In this document: positions 42,158 to 52,058 of the stretch, in pieces | Position numbering within the stretch: the stretch's first letter is position 1 | How the letters are laid out: each line of letters starts with the position of its first letter | DNA from: a virus | IMG/VR virus record: IMGVR_UViG_3300046513_000134 | Coordinates: 1-64,000 of that record | DNA: 64,000 nt | Direction: 5' to 3' (one strand) | The notes under the pieces: generated by a model | Told to the model about the DNA's origin: nothing | Seen by the model: only the letters and a program-made list of their open reading frames with translations | Database searches by the model: none | Translations under genes and position numbers: made by a program

Positions 42158-43354
42158 TCAAGCAGCTTCGTCTTCGTCCTCACCGACAGAGATGTTGATG
42201 GTCTCTTCGGGGAAGGCGTCGATCAGGGCCTGTGCCGCTTCCTGCAGGCCGAGGGTGGCCAACTGGTCCTTGAGCGGCGCTGGCTTGGTGGTCTGGCCCT
42301 TCTTGCCGGTTGCGCCGGAGTTGAAGGCGACGCAGATGAACTCAAGCGCCACGGTGTTGACGTCGGTCTTGGCTTCCGCCTTGGCCTTGTCGAGTGCCGC
42401 CTGAATGTTCTCCTTCTGGTCGCTATGTACCTTGAAGGCCATAGTGCTGATGACCTCGGAAGGCGGTGCCGAAAGCTGGGCAGTGACGTCTTCCTTGCCG
42501 GCAGCCTTGTAGGACTTGACCAGATTGATCAGATTGTCGATGCCGTTCTCGTTGGCCGTCTTGACCCAGCTCTCGACGTTGTCCGGGTTGATGACAGAGG
42601 CGATTTCCTTGAGCTTCGACCACTTGACCGAGGATACGTCCGAATACGGGACGCCGGAAGCGACGAGGTCCTTGTAAATCGCGATCTGGTACATCGCCTT
42701 GCGGTAGCCGAAGCTGTGGCGGTCTTCGATGAATTCGCGGAACGTCGAGAAGCCCTGATCCTTGTACCATTCCTCTTCCTGAATGCGGGAAAGCACCGCG
42801 CCCAGTTTGAACAGGGTCAGTTCGGACTGATCGACCAGCTTGTCAACGAGGTCGAGGGCGTCCTTCTGCTTCAGGTTCTCGATTTCCGAGACCGTGGTCG
42901 AGAACTCATCGGCCGAAAGGACGTCGCCGTGCAGGATGTGGGTGGTGGCGACCGCCGTGGACTTCTTGCTAACCTTGCCCTTGGACTTGGTGGCCGGCTC
43001 CTGCGGCAGTTCCTGCTCGACCTGTGCGACCGGGGCTTCTTCAACCGGGGCTGCGGCAGTTTCCGTGCCTTCGGTCTCGTCCTCTTCGCTGCCGAAGTTA
43101 GCCTTCAGCCAATCGACCTTCTGGTCCTTCTTCCACTTCTTCCACTCAGCCGGGGTCTCGATCCCCAACTCAGTGACAGTCTCATCGAGCTGCTTGGCCG
43201 TCATGTTCTCGATATCGAGGTTGACTTCCTCGGCGGCATCTTCGCTCGCCGCTTCCTCAACCGGTGCTGCCTCTACAGGCTCAGCAGGGGCGGCTGCTAG
43301 TTCGTCTGCCAGCGTCTTCTTCGACGCGGACTTCAAGGATGATAGTGCTGACAT
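42158..43354 (-). CDS. Acidic protein with a putative helical DNA-binding domain
   Basis: LGAVLSRIQEEEWYKDQGFSTFREFIE...GYRKAMYQIAIY resembles DUF3102/partition-type domains. Confidence 0.65.
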   Translation of the reverse strand: MSALSSLKSASKKTLADELAAAPAEPVEAAPVEEAASEDAAEEVNLDIENMTAKQLDETVTELGIETPAEWKKWKKDQKVDWLKANFGSEEDETEGTETAAAPVEEAPVAQVEQELPQEPATKSKGKVSKKSTAVATTHILHGDVLSADEFSTTVSEIENLKQKDALDLVDKLVDQSELTLFKLGAVLSRIQEEEWYKDQGFSTFREFIEDRHSFGYRKAMYQIAIYKDLVASGVPYSDVSSVKWSKLKEIASVINPDNVESWVKTANENGIDNLINLVKSYKAAGKEDVTAQLSAPPSEVISTMAFKVHSDQKENIQAALDKAKAEAKTDVNTVALEFICVAFNSGATGKKGQTTKPAPLKDQLATLGLQEAAQALIDAFPEETINISVGEDEDEAA

Positions 43355-43445
43355 GGTATGTTTACCCTCCGTGGTAACGCCCCATCGGTATCGGGGTCGA
43401 GTTTAGTGTATTTTCTAGTGCAACATATTTCAATAGTGAGGCCGA

Positions 43446-44015
43446 CTAATTCAGTTTTAATTGACCGGCGATCTCCCTCTGCTTGGCAGCCAGACCGTTG
43501 AGCGCGTGCAGGGAGCAAAGCCCCACCAAACTCAGGAAGAAGGCGTCGGCCATGTCGTCTGTCTTTGCCTCGTAGCCCATGTCGCCAGCCGCTTGGACCA
43601 TGCCTTCTTTTTTGGCCCCGCCGTTGCCGGTGGCGAAAATCTTCAGTTCTGCCGGGGTCGGTTCGACCCATGAATAGCCAGCCTTGCGGATCAGGTAGCG
43701 CAGCACCCCGCCGAGGGTGACCAGCGGCACCAGCGCCGTCTTGTTCTTCAGGTTGAGGCCGTAATATTCGATGGCGATGATATCCGGCTTGTGGAAGTCG
43801 ATGAAGGCGAGCGTCGTGTCCCACATGATGTGCTGGCGTTCAACGAGGGACAGCGTCGTCTTGGGCTTGACCAGCGTGTCCGCGATCAGTTCCGCTCCGG
43901 TGGATAGACTGCCGCTGAGCAGCACGAGGCCAGTGGATTTGGTGGACGGGTCGATGCCAAGGCAGGTCTTCGGCGCGTCGAGGCGCTTCTGCGTGGATAA
44001 GTTCAGCTTCGCCAT
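43446..44015 (-). CDS. RuvC-like Holliday junction resolvase
   Basis: LGIDPSTKSTG, IAIE, LKIFATGNGGAKKE, DDMADA. Confidence 0.88.
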   Translation of the reverse strand: MAKLNLSTQKRLDAPKTCLGIDPSTKSTGLVLLSGSLSTGAELIADTLVKPKTTLSLVERQHIMWDTTLAFIDFHKPDIIAIEYYGLNLKNKTALVPLVTLGGVLRYLIRKAGYSWVEPTPAELKIFATGNGGAKKEGMVQAAGDMGYEAKTDDMADAFFLSLVGLCSLHALNGLAAKQREIAGQLKLN

Positions 44016-44923
44016 TATTTCTTGTCCCAGTGATGGACTGCGGGGAAGTCGCCGCTAAAGCACGCCTTGCTTCGTGGGCAGGTCTTGGCTCTTGTATCGA
44101 ATGCCGTGTCACAAAGTCCAGAGGGCATTCCATGTTTTCCATTGCGAAAATCGAAGGCGACCTTGGCCCGGGCAGCCATCTCGTTGGTGGCCTTGTCGTC
44201 GCGGGTGACCTCGAATTCCTTGAACGGCGAGAAGTATTCGCCCATCCCCCACTGTCGCACCTCCATGTCGGAGACGCCATAGCCCCCTTTGGTGGTGTAG
44301 AGGATGCGGGCCTTCTTCGGGTTGACCTGCTTGGCGATCGGGTCGGTGCTCTCGCTGACGATGCGCAGGTAGAAGTTGGTGCGCAGCCGATGTTCGGCCA
44401 GCGGGGCGACCAGTTTCTTGAACTCGGTCGGGTCGATGGTCTTGATCTCCACGATCTCCCACGCGCCTTCGAACCATGCCAGCATGTCGGTGCCGCAGCT
44501 TGCGCCGTTCTTGGCCGAGACGAAGCGTGGTTCCTTCGGGGTGAACGAGGTGCAGCCGCATTGCCCGCATTCCGGGGGTCTACGCCCGTACTTGTAGAGC
44601 AGCCGGCAGTTGCCGTTGTCGCACACCCAGTTGGAGATGCCGATGCCGATCTCCGAGAAATACTCGACCAGCTTGTCCTGCCACAGTCGGCCGATCTCCC
44701 ACGTGGCGTTCTCCGAGGTGGTGGTGGACCTGTCCGGGAGCGTACCTTCGACCAGTGAGTTGATCGCATAAAAACGAGGGCAAATGCCCCCTTCCTTGGT
44801 CAGTTCCGAGGCGTGCACCGTATCGGTCCCACGGTGCGTGTCCATGGTCGAGAGGTGTTGGTGCAACCTATATTTTAGGCTGGTCTTCGGGACGACGTCC
44901 GAGAGCTTCTTAAGGAAGGTCAT
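44015..44923 (-). CDS. Cas4-like PD-(D/E)XK exonuclease
   Basis: HASEL....CPR, TD...VEIKT, C-terminal C...CP....C, internal zinc ribbon. Confidence 0.8.
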   Translation of the reverse strand: MTFLKKLSDVVPKTSLKYRLHQHLSTMDTHRGTDTVHASELTKEGGICPRFYAINSLVEGTLPDRSTTTSENATWEIGRLWQDKLVEYFSEIGIGISNWVCDNGNCRLLYKYGRRPPECGQCGCTSFTPKEPRFVSAKNGASCGTDMLAWFEGAWEIVEIKTIDPTEFKKLVAPLAEHRLRTNFYLRIVSESTDPIAKQVNPKKARILYTTKGGYGVSDMEVRQWGMGEYFSPFKEFEVTRDDKATNEMAARAKVAFDFRNGKHGMPSGLCDTAFDTRAKTCPRSKACFSGDFPAVHHWDKK

Positions 44924-45266
44924 CAACAATTTCTTTCATCAGAGCCATCGGCACGAGGCACCAGTCACCGTTCGGGATCGAGTGGCCGCTTTCGGTGGTG
45001 AAGCTGATTGACAGGATGGGGCGCTTGTTGGTGAACAGCGCCTCTTTGCTGATCTTGGCCAGCCAGTCGAACTTCAGTCCGAGGCTGTCGTTCTTGGTGC
45101 TCTTGTGTTCAAAGAGAAAATCCTTGACCCGGAAGTCCCCTTTCATCCCCTCAATTGCACCGGAGGCGGGGGTTTGTTGTCCCCCGAAGGATTTCGTCGT
45201 CCTCTTCTCAGAAACGCGTCCTGCGCGCCCTGATCCCCCCTGTCGTCGTTTCTCAAAGATATTCAT
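44910..45266 (-). CDS. Hjc-like PD-(D/E)XK endonuclease
   Basis: SEKR...PASGA...KGD......FEHKST. Confidence 0.75.
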   Translation of the reverse strand: MNIFEKRRQGGSGRAGRVSEKRTTKSFGGQQTPASGAIEGMKGDFRVKDFLFEHKSTKNDSLGLKFDWLAKISKEALFTNKRPILSISFTTESGHSIPNGDWCLVPMALMKEIVDDLP

Positions 45267-46354
45267 GGGGTCTCCCCCTCGTCATGTTCTGCCGCCAGCG
45301 AGGCCTTCTTGGTCAGGTCATCGATCAGCGCGTTCTTCAGGGTGGTGGCAAAACCGAAGTCACTCATCAGGGTCTGCTTGAAGGCGTCCTGCGTCGGGTA
45401 AGGCTGGTTGAGCACGAGCCAGCCGCCCTTCTCGCCCTTGACCCATTCGCCGCGTTGTTCCAGCAGCGCCTTGATCAGCGTATAGTCGTCGGCCTGTCCG
45501 ACCTTGAAGCCCTTGTGGGCGATGGTGGCCATCTGGAATTCGCCCGAGGCCGAGAAGATCGGCACCTTCCACTTCTTGATGACGAACTTGACTTCCTTCA
45601 TCACCGGCAGGTCCTGATTGACCTTGGCGTCGATGATGTTCTTGCCGTAGACGCGGACCCACATGGCGGTCTGGAAGCGCGGCAGGTTGCCGCCCGGCAT
45701 GGTCTCGGGGTCGCCAAACATGACGCCGATCTTGTGGCGGATCTGGTTGATGTAGATCAGCGACGGCTTGCGGCCGTTCTTGTCGGCTTCGCCAAGGGCC
45801 AGCGAGGTCTTGCGGCACAGCTTGGCGACGGGATTGGAGTTGCCAGCGACGACGGCCTTCTCACCGCTGCTCTCGAATTCGTTGGCGGTGACCATCGCCG
45901 CGAGGCTGTCGATGACGACGAGGCCGCAGTCGGCGGCGTGCAGCAGGGCTTCCGCGATATCGACCACCTGTTCGGCAAAGGTCGGCTGGACGATCTTCAG
46001 CTTGGTGATGTCCACCCCGAACTTCTTGGCGTAGCCGGCGTTGTACTCGTGTTCGACGTCGATGAAGCTGCAGACCAGTTTCGGCCAGAGCTTCTGATGC
46101 GCGGCGATCGCCAGATAGGCGAGGTTGGTCTTGCACGAGCTTTCCGGCCCGTAGATGATCGAGCACTTGCCCCGGGGGAAACCGCCCCCGGTGGCTAGGT
46201 CAAAGGCAAGGATGCCGGTCGGAATACGCTCAACGGACGGGATGGTCTTCTTGTGATCGGCAACGATTTCTGCGCCGTACTCCTTCTGAAAGGATTTTAG
46301 GAGAGCGTCGGTTTCGCCGCCGCCGTTTGCAGGCTTGAAGACCAGCTTCGCCAT
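45263..46354 (-). CDS. recA: RecA/UvsX recombinase
   Basis: IPTG...D.A.GGG.PRG, YGPESSCKT, VIDSLAA, INQIR.KIGVMFGDPET.PGG. Confidence 0.95.
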   Translation of the reverse strand: MAKLVFKPANGGGETDALLKSFQKEYGAEIVADHKKTIPSVERIPTGILAFDLATGGGFPRGKCSIIYGPESSCKTNLAYLAIAAHQKLWPKLVCSFIDVEHEYNAGYAKKFGVDITKLKIVQPTFAEQVVDIAEALLHAADCGLVVIDSLAAMVTANEFESSGEKAVVAGNSNPVAKLCRKTSLALGEADKNGRKPSLIYINQIRHKIGVMFGDPETMPGGNLPRFQTAMWVRVYGKNIIDAKVNQDLPVMKEVKFVIKKWKVPIFSASGEFQMATIAHKGFKVGQADDYTLIKALLEQRGEWVKGEKGGWLVLNQPYPTQDAFKQTLMSDFGFATTLKNALIDDLTKKASLAAEHDEGETP

Positions 46355-46358
46355 TGAG

Positions 46359-46622
46359 CTATTCGTCCTTCACAAATTCGACGGACATGTTGCCGTCGTC
46401 GTCCTGCGTGATGTTGATGTCGTAGACCGGAATGTTGTTGTGGTCTTCCTGCTCTTCGAACTGCTCGGAGTAGCCAGAGTATTCGATGTCGTTCTGGATC
46501 ATGCGAGCGCGGGCGTCGGTGATCAGGATCTGGCCGAGGATTTCACGGACCTCGTCGGGGTTGTCCTGCAACACATCGCGGGACACATAGACGCGCCCGG
46601 GTCGGTTCAGAATGTCTGACAT
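46359..46622 (-). CDS. Hypothetical protein
   Basis: AAGG SD. Confidence 0.7.
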   Translation of the reverse strand: MSDILNRPGRVYVSRDVLQDNPDEVREILGQILITDARARMIQNDIEYSGYSEQFEEQEDHNNIPVYDINITQDDDGNMSVEFVKDE

Positions 46623-46671
46623 AGCTTATTCCTTAATTTTCGGGGACGGTGGAGAAGGGCCGAAGCCCTCC

Positions 46672-47136
46672 TTATTCTGCTTCGGTTTCGAGGTAGCATT
46701 CCTGCAGCCGGGTATCGACCCAGTCCTTCAGGAAGCCGTAGGCCTCATCGATCTCGGCCGGCTCGATCGGCAGCGACAGGCCGATGTTGACGCGGGTCGA
46801 ATTGAAGTTGCCGAGGTTCTTGGTGAAGCCCCCGGAATACCACGCGACCGGGTTCTGCGTCTGGGCAGTCGGGTTGACGATCTTGCCGCTATCGACTTCG
46901 ACGGTCTCTTCCGACTGCGAGACGATCTCGCCGGTCTTGTTGTCAACCGTTTCCTTCTGCACCGTGCCGGTGGCCTTGGCGGTGGTCGCCTTGGTCGAGG
47001 CAGCCTTGCCAACGGTTTTACCGCCAGAAAGCTTGGTCTTCGAGGGGGCTTCGGCCTTGGCGACCGGTGCTTCCTCGACTACTTCCTTCTTGGCAGCCGC
47101 GACTTCTTTCGCGGATTTATGAAAGGTGATGGCCAT
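46672..47136 (-). CDS. Hypothetical protein
   Basis: AAGGAG SD; GFTKNLGNFNSTRVNI motif; terminator-like hairpin downstream. Confidence 0.75.
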   Translation of the reverse strand: MAITFHKSAKEVAAAKKEVVEEAPVAKAEAPSKTKLSGGKTVGKAASTKATTAKATGTVQKETVDNKTGEIVSQSEETVEVDSGKIVNPTAQTQNPVAWYSGGFTKNLGNFNSTRVNIGLSLPIEPAEIDEAYGFLKDWVDTRLQECYLETEAE

Positions 47137-47154
47137 CGTTCACTCCTTATTTGA

Positions 47155-48522
47155 TTAAGCCATTTCCACTACTTCAGCGCCGATGGACTTGTACCAATCG
47201 CGACGCTTATTCGCGTAGCCGAAGAAGACTGGACTATCGAGGTCCATGAAATCGAAGACTACGGGAAACTTCTTGCCCTCCCACTCGCGGCGGATACGGC
47301 CGGTCGCCTGTCGCACGTCGGAGCGCGGCATGGCGAAGGTGCACGTATCGAGCCAGTCGATGGAGGTCCCCTCATTCATCATGGCGTAGGTCGTGAAGAT
47401 GATCGGCTTGACCTTGACCCTCTCGCGCTCCGCCTTCTCTTCCTTGGTCGATGCCGACTTGTAGACCCCCATCATCTTGTACGGGATGCCGTGCAATTTG
47501 TTGCAAGCATCAAGCATCAGGTCGAGGTGTTCCAGCCGATTGGAGAAAATCACGTGGCATCGTTTGGCTTCATAGGCCTGATTGATGCACTCCACGATCT
47601 GCCTCGTGCGGATCGGATCGTTCATCAGAAAGGTTTCGATGTGAGCGGTTTTCCCTGCCGTATGGGGTATCTTCTTCAGGACTTTCTGTCCAGTCCCTTC
47701 ATCGAATGTCCACCGCGCAGGACAGTCCCATGCCGTCTGGTAGCGCAGCACTTTCGGCACCATCAGCTCGGCGTCGGCGGTGGCACGGATCGGCCCGACA
47801 TTGGTGTAGATCATCACCTCCTTGCCGTCCTTGCGGTCGGGGGTGGCGGACAGGGCGAGGCGAACCTTGGCCGGGAACATGGTGACGACGTTCTGGAAGT
47901 AGTCGGCCGGCATCCGCTGGCACTCGTCAAAGATCACCAGCCCGAAGTTGTCCACGATCCAGTCGGGGTACTTGCCTTCCTTGCACAGCGATTGCACCAG
48001 CGCCACGCAGAAGTCGGTGTCGATCACTTCGCACTTGTCGCCCCGGATATTGCCGATCCGCCACTTGGGGACGCCGAGGAATTCGTGCGCGCCCTTGATC
48101 CATTGCTCGTAGATGTCTTCCTTGGTGGTAATGACCAGCGTCTTCTTCTGCAGCGTATAGGCGGCGAGGAACCCCAGCAGGGTCTTGCCGAAGCCGGTAT
48201 AGGCGACCGCGACACCGGAGAGCTTCTGGCTGATGAACTCCTCGACGTCCTTGAACATCTTGCCCTGATGCGGCCGGGGCTGCGGCTTCTTCGGGAAGTG
48301 GACGTCCTGCCCATCAACCCGGGTGTCAGTCTCGCCTATCGGGCAGACGCCGCGTGGCAGATAGATGAACTCGTCATCCTTCTTGTACAGGTTGATCATG
48401 TCATCGAAGCGGGTGATGAAACGGAACTTGCGTTCCAAGGCATAGCTGTAGGGGTATTTGGCCATGCACCCGGTTTCGATGGGCTGCTCGGTCATCATGT
48501 ATTTGGCGATACCCGTGGACAT
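47155..48522 (-). CDS. Superfamily II DNA helicase
   Basis: PRPHQ, AYTGFGKT, DECQ, LSATPDRKDG, QATGRIRR. Confidence 0.92.
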   Translation of the reverse strand: MSTGIAKYMMTEQPIETGCMAKYPYSYALERKFRFITRFDDMINLYKKDDEFIYLPRGVCPIGETDTRVDGQDVHFPKKPQPRPHQGKMFKDVEEFISQKLSGVAVAYTGFGKTLLGFLAAYTLQKKTLVITTKEDIYEQWIKGAHEFLGVPKWRIGNIRGDKCEVIDTDFCVALVQSLCKEGKYPDWIVDNFGLVIFDECQRMPADYFQNVVTMFPAKVRLALSATPDRKDGKEVMIYTNVGPIRATADAELMVPKVLRYQTAWDCPARWTFDEGTGQKVLKKIPHTAGKTAHIETFLMNDPIRTRQIVECINQAYEAKRCHVIFSNRLEHLDLMLDACNKLHGIPYKMMGVYKSASTKEEKAERERVKVKPIIFTTYAMMNEGTSIDWLDTCTFAMPRSDVRQATGRIRREWEGKKFPVVFDFMDLDSPVFFGYANKRRDWYKSIGAEVVEMA

Positions 48523-48591
48523 GCAGTGCCTTTCAGATAGCAACGCCTCCCGTTGTTCAGACGAGAGGCGTGTTTCAGGACGGGTGAGGGC

Positions 48592-49494
48592 TTAGAGCTG
48601 GTTCTTCAGGTTGCCGGTATCGACGTTGCCGTTGTGCTTGGTGCCGACCCCGGTGAAGTTCTTGCCGATGCCAAGGTCGATCAGTTCTTCCGGCGACTTG
48701 TAGACGATCTCGGCATTGTAGTCGGCCGGCTGCACTTCGTCAGGCTTGAGGCTCTGCTCCTTGGCGAATGCGCCCCGGCTTTCCCACTGCAGGTCGGGGA
48801 TGAAGTTGTCACCGACTGCCGGGGTCTTGTCGCCGCCAGAGCGCGAGGCGTCGAAGGTCCAGCCGGTCAGGCCACCCTTCTTCGAGGCGATCTTCGACAG
48901 GATCTTGATCGTCCCCTGCTTGCACTTGAACAGCTTCTTCTGGTTCTGCACGGTGTTGCCGGCCTTGGCCCCCGACTTGATGGTGTAGGGCGTGTGGTCG
49001 ATCACCGTCATCAGCCCGACGAGGTAGCGCTTGTTGCTGATGGCGCAGAGCGGGCACGGCTGCGAGGTATCGACCTCGGCGGTGCAGACGTACTGATCGT
49101 AGCCCCCGGCCATCTGCAGGTTATGCTCGTGGTACATGGTGATGTTGAGAATGCCGTCCGGGCCGATGTCACCGTCGAGGAAAGTGATGCGACGTTCCTC
49201 GCCTTCCTTCATGCGGAAGTCGAACATCTTGCCCTGTTTTTCCTTGTTGGCTTCGATCTTCGCCTGTTCCTGCTTGAACATGGCCTGTGCGTCGGCCCCC
49301 TTCTTCAGGAAGCCCATGCCGCCGCCAGCGGATTTCTGCGGAGCGGGTTCGTCATCGGAGGACTTGGCTTGTGTGTGAGCGGTGGAAGACGCCGCGTTCT
49401 TGTTCAGCGACGACAGCCCTGTCTTCTTCGGGGCCTGTTCTTCGACTACTGCGCCCTTAGCTTCAGCAGCCTTCTTGAGAAAGCTCAATGCCAT
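48592..49494 (-). CDS. Single-stranded DNA-binding protein (gp32-like, Zn-binding)
   Basis: ITFLD...YHEH...YVC.......PCPLC; position in the replication operon. Confidence 0.7.
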   Translation of the reverse strand: MALSFLKKAAEAKGAVVEEQAPKKTGLSSLNKNAASSTAHTQAKSSDDEPAPQKSAGGGMGFLKKGADAQAMFKQEQAKIEANKEKQGKMFDFRMKEGEERRITFLDGDIGPDGILNITMYHEHNLQMAGGYDQYVCTAEVDTSQPCPLCAISNKRYLVGLMTVIDHTPYTIKSGAKAGNTVQNQKKLFKCKQGTIKILSKIASKKGGLTGWTFDASRSGGDKTPAVGDNFIPDLQWESRGAFAKEQSLKPDEVQPADYNAEIVYKSPEELIDLGIGKNFTGVGTKHNGNVDTGNLKNQL

Positions 49495-49580
49495 TTTCGT
49501 GCTCCAATGTTTCCCGATGTGTGCCAATGATCCTCATGGATCGATGTCGAGATTGGCACGGCGAGGACTTCTCGACAAGG

Positions 49581-50558
49581 TCAAATCGGTATGTGCGGGG
49601 CCAATACAGAGGCTATTTCACCGAAATTACAGGCCCCGGGGTCCTTGCGGTGCGGTGGTGGGACGACGTGGGTGATGACGTGGGTCTTGCCGAAAACCTT
49701 GTCGATCCGTTCGCGGCCTTTGTCGCCGCCCGTGCCGTGGTCGAAGAAGGTGATGAACTCGGAAACGTGGGCCATCCGCATCAGCTTTTCGATCGACGGA
49801 TTGGCGAAGAGCGGACTGGTGACGTTGTCGTAGACCGGCAGGGTGGCAGCCAGATCGAAGTAGCCTTCGACAATCACCACCGGGCGATCGGTATCGACCC
49901 AGTTCTCCCCGAGCCAGTATTGTGGATTGTTCTTGCCCTTGTACAGGTACATCCGGTAGCGCGGATCGATGTCGTCTGACATGGCGCGGCCGTGCAGCCC
50001 GATGTACTGTTCCTTGGTGTTGCGCAGCGGGCAGCAGACGCGGTTCTGGTGCGGGTCGTAGCGCAGCTCCAGATACTCGATCACGGCGGGCTCGATGCCT
50101 CGCTCCACGGTCAGGTACTTCATCGCCGCTGGCGAGTGGATGGCCAACGGGAAGGTCTCGACCCACCACTTGTCGAAGATCGTCACGTCGTTCTTGTTGG
50201 CCAGCAGCGCCTCTTCGTAATCGATCGGCTCGAAATCGAACACCACTTCGTCGTCGGCCTTGACGCACAGTTCCATGGCCTTCTTGAAATCGTATTCGCC
50301 GTGCGGTTCGCCAGCGTTGAAGTTGCGCATCTTCAGAACGAGGTCCGCGCCTGAACCGTGGTAGCCGCATGCGAAGCAGTTGCAGAAGGGGTCCCCCTGC
50401 TCCAGTCGCACACCAAAGACGTCGTCCCCTGACTTTCCGTCCTTGTGTTCCCATGCCTGTAAAGGACAATTAGAAACTACCCATTTAGCGCGGCCTTGGC
50501 TCTTCGGGACCTTGGCTCCAAGAGCGTCAAGGAATTCCATGACATCTGATTTCTTCAT
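49581..50558 (-). CDS. DNA primase (zinc finger plus TOPRIM)
   Basis: CP....H...CFACG, YL..ERGI, VIVEGYFD, FFDHG..GD.G. Confidence 0.9.
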   Translation of the reverse strand: MKKSDVMEFLDALGAKVPKSQGRAKWVVSNCPLQAWEHKDGKSGDDVFGVRLEQGDPFCNCFACGYHGSGADLVLKMRNFNAGEPHGEYDFKKAMELCVKADDEVVFDFEPIDYEEALLANKNDVTIFDKWWVETFPLAIHSPAAMKYLTVERGIEPAVIEYLELRYDPHQNRVCCPLRNTKEQYIGLHGRAMSDDIDPRYRMYLYKGKNNPQYWLGENWVDTDRPVVIVEGYFDLAATLPVYDNVTSPLFANPSIEKLMRMAHVSEFITFFDHGTGGDKGRERIDKVFGKTHVITHVVPPPHRKDPGACNFGEIASVLAPHIPI

Positions 50559-50743
50559 GACTTGTCCGAAACGTAGAAGATCCCTTCGTAGACGGCGACG
50601 GTCAAGACCCCGGCGAGAAGTACGCATGGGCCAATCGCGATCCACGGGACTGCTCCGAACCAGTTGTTCACGATGACCAGCATGCAGATGAAAATGATAT
50701 TGCTGAATATCGCAAACAGCGCCATCGCGGCACGTTCTCTCAT
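50555..50743 (-). CDS. Small membrane protein
   Basis: Two hydrophobic segments; coupled. Confidence 0.6.
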   Translation of the reverse strand: MRERAAMALFAIFSNIIFICMLVIVNNWFGAVPWIAIGPCVLLAGVLTVAVYEGIFYVSDKS

Positions 50744-51387
50744 GCTGGCACCTTCTCTTTCTTTACCTTTGGCTTCTTTAAAAATCTGCCGTCGTAGAAC
50801 TCGTCCTTGGGCCTCACCCACCAGACGCCGTCTTCGCCCTCGTAGAGAGCAGCCGGCACCATGCTTGCTTCGATATAGACACCCGTGTCCCGAAGCATGC
50901 GATACTTTCCCCCAGACTTAATATGCGTGTGGGTCCATTTGAACTCGACTTCAGACCCCCGCGATTGGGCTTGGGCCAGCTTGTCGGCAATTTCGTTGAA
51001 CTGGTTTCCGGCATGGCCCTTGACCCATTCGAAAGTGACCTCGACGCCGAGGCCCTGCTTCAGTTCCCAGAGCCGCTTCCAGTGCTCCTTGTTCTTCACC
51101 TGTGTGCCGTTCGACGTCATCCAGCCGTTTGACTTCCACGCATAGATGTAGTCGGAGATGCCTTGGACGACGTACTGGCTGTCACTGATGATGGTCAGCG
51201 GTTCGTCAATGTCCATGATATCGGTCAGGGCCATGATCGGCCCCATCAGCTCCATGGTGTTGTTGGTGGCCCCGTCTTCCTGCCCAGAGGCGGCGCGGAT
51301 CTGTTTGCCGTCCTCGACTACGACGTAGGCCCATCCGCCGCTGCCTTCTTTGGTGACAGCCCCGTCAACGTAAATGGAAAGGGCCAT
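50740..51387 (-). CDS. RNase HI fused to a DUF1653-like C-terminal domain
   Basis: IYVDG, TNNTMEL, SDSQYV, VKNKEHW, WVKGHAG..FNEIADKLA; then H.KSGGKY...LY.....WVRP..EF.DGRF. Confidence 0.9.
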   Translation of the reverse strand: MALSIYVDGAVTKEGSGGWAYVVVEDGKQIRAASGQEDGATNNTMELMGPIMALTDIMDIDEPLTIISDSQYVVQGISDYIYAWKSNGWMTSNGTQVKNKEHWKRLWELKQGLGVEVTFEWVKGHAGNQFNEIADKLAQAQSRGSEVEFKWTHTHIKSGGKYRMLRDTGVYIEASMVPAALYEGEDGVWWVRPKDEFYDGRFLKKPKVKKEKVPA

Positions 51388-51653
51388 CAGGGACGGAACC
51401 CCGCCAGTGTCTCGGACACCCGGCCCGGATTGACGTTGAAGAACTTGGCGATCTCGACCTGCGATGCCCCCGGGTTCTGCTTCTTGAAGGTGCGGATCTG
51501 TTTCCGCAGCTCTTCCGTCATCGGCACCGACTTGGCACGGGTGCGTTCCTTCGGAGAGCGACGTTCCAGTTCGTCGGCCAGTTCAAACAGCCGCTGGCAG
51601 CGCAGGTCGTAGGCCAGAGCGCGCAGCTCGGCGCGGATCTCGGGGATGCGCAT
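51387..51653 (-). CDS. HTH DNA-binding protein
   Basis: ASQVEIAKFFNVNPGRVSETL. Confidence 0.75.
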   Translation of the reverse strand: MRIPEIRAELRALAYDLRCQRLFELADELERRSPKERTRAKSVPMTEELRKQIRTFKKQNPGASQVEIAKFFNVNPGRVSETLAGFRP

Positions 51654-52058
51654 TCATGCCTCCTCTTCCGACGACATGGCCCCGGCGACGGTGACCTTCT
51701 TCGAGTAACCGGTGACGCCGAGACGGAAGGTCAGGAGTTTGCTGATCGGGGAATACGACATGTCGTGGCTGATGCCGACGATGATCTCGACCTTGCTGTT
51801 GGAGATGGCTAGATTGGAGCCGATCGCCTTGAGCACCGTGGCCATGATGGCGTTGCCGAGGTTGGACATGGTGATGTAGTCATCGAACTCCGTGTTGTAT
51901 TCACGGGGTGTCACGGTCAGCGTCACGTCGGGGTCCAACTGTGACTTGACGTCGGCCGGGCCGGGCCGGTTGAGGGTCAGAACCCGGACGCGGTCGGGGA
52001 CGTTCAATGCAACATATTGCACGACGCGGCGTCGAAAATCGAGATCGAGGTCAGTCAC
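51654..52058 (-). CDS. Hypothetical protein
   Basis: GTG start overlapping the upstream stop. Confidence 0.65.
   Translation of the reverse strand: MTDLDLDFRRRVVQYVALNVPDRVRVLTLNRPGPADVKSQLDPDVTLTVTPREYNTEFDDYITMSNLGNAIMATVLKAIGSNLAISNSKVEIIVGISHDMSYSPISKLLTFRLGVTGYSKKVTVAGAMSSEEEA

Noticed and set aside
44015-44923. CRISPR-Cas system implied by the Cas4-like gene
   Set aside because: Solo Cas4-like nucleases are common in phage recombination modules; no array or other cas genes
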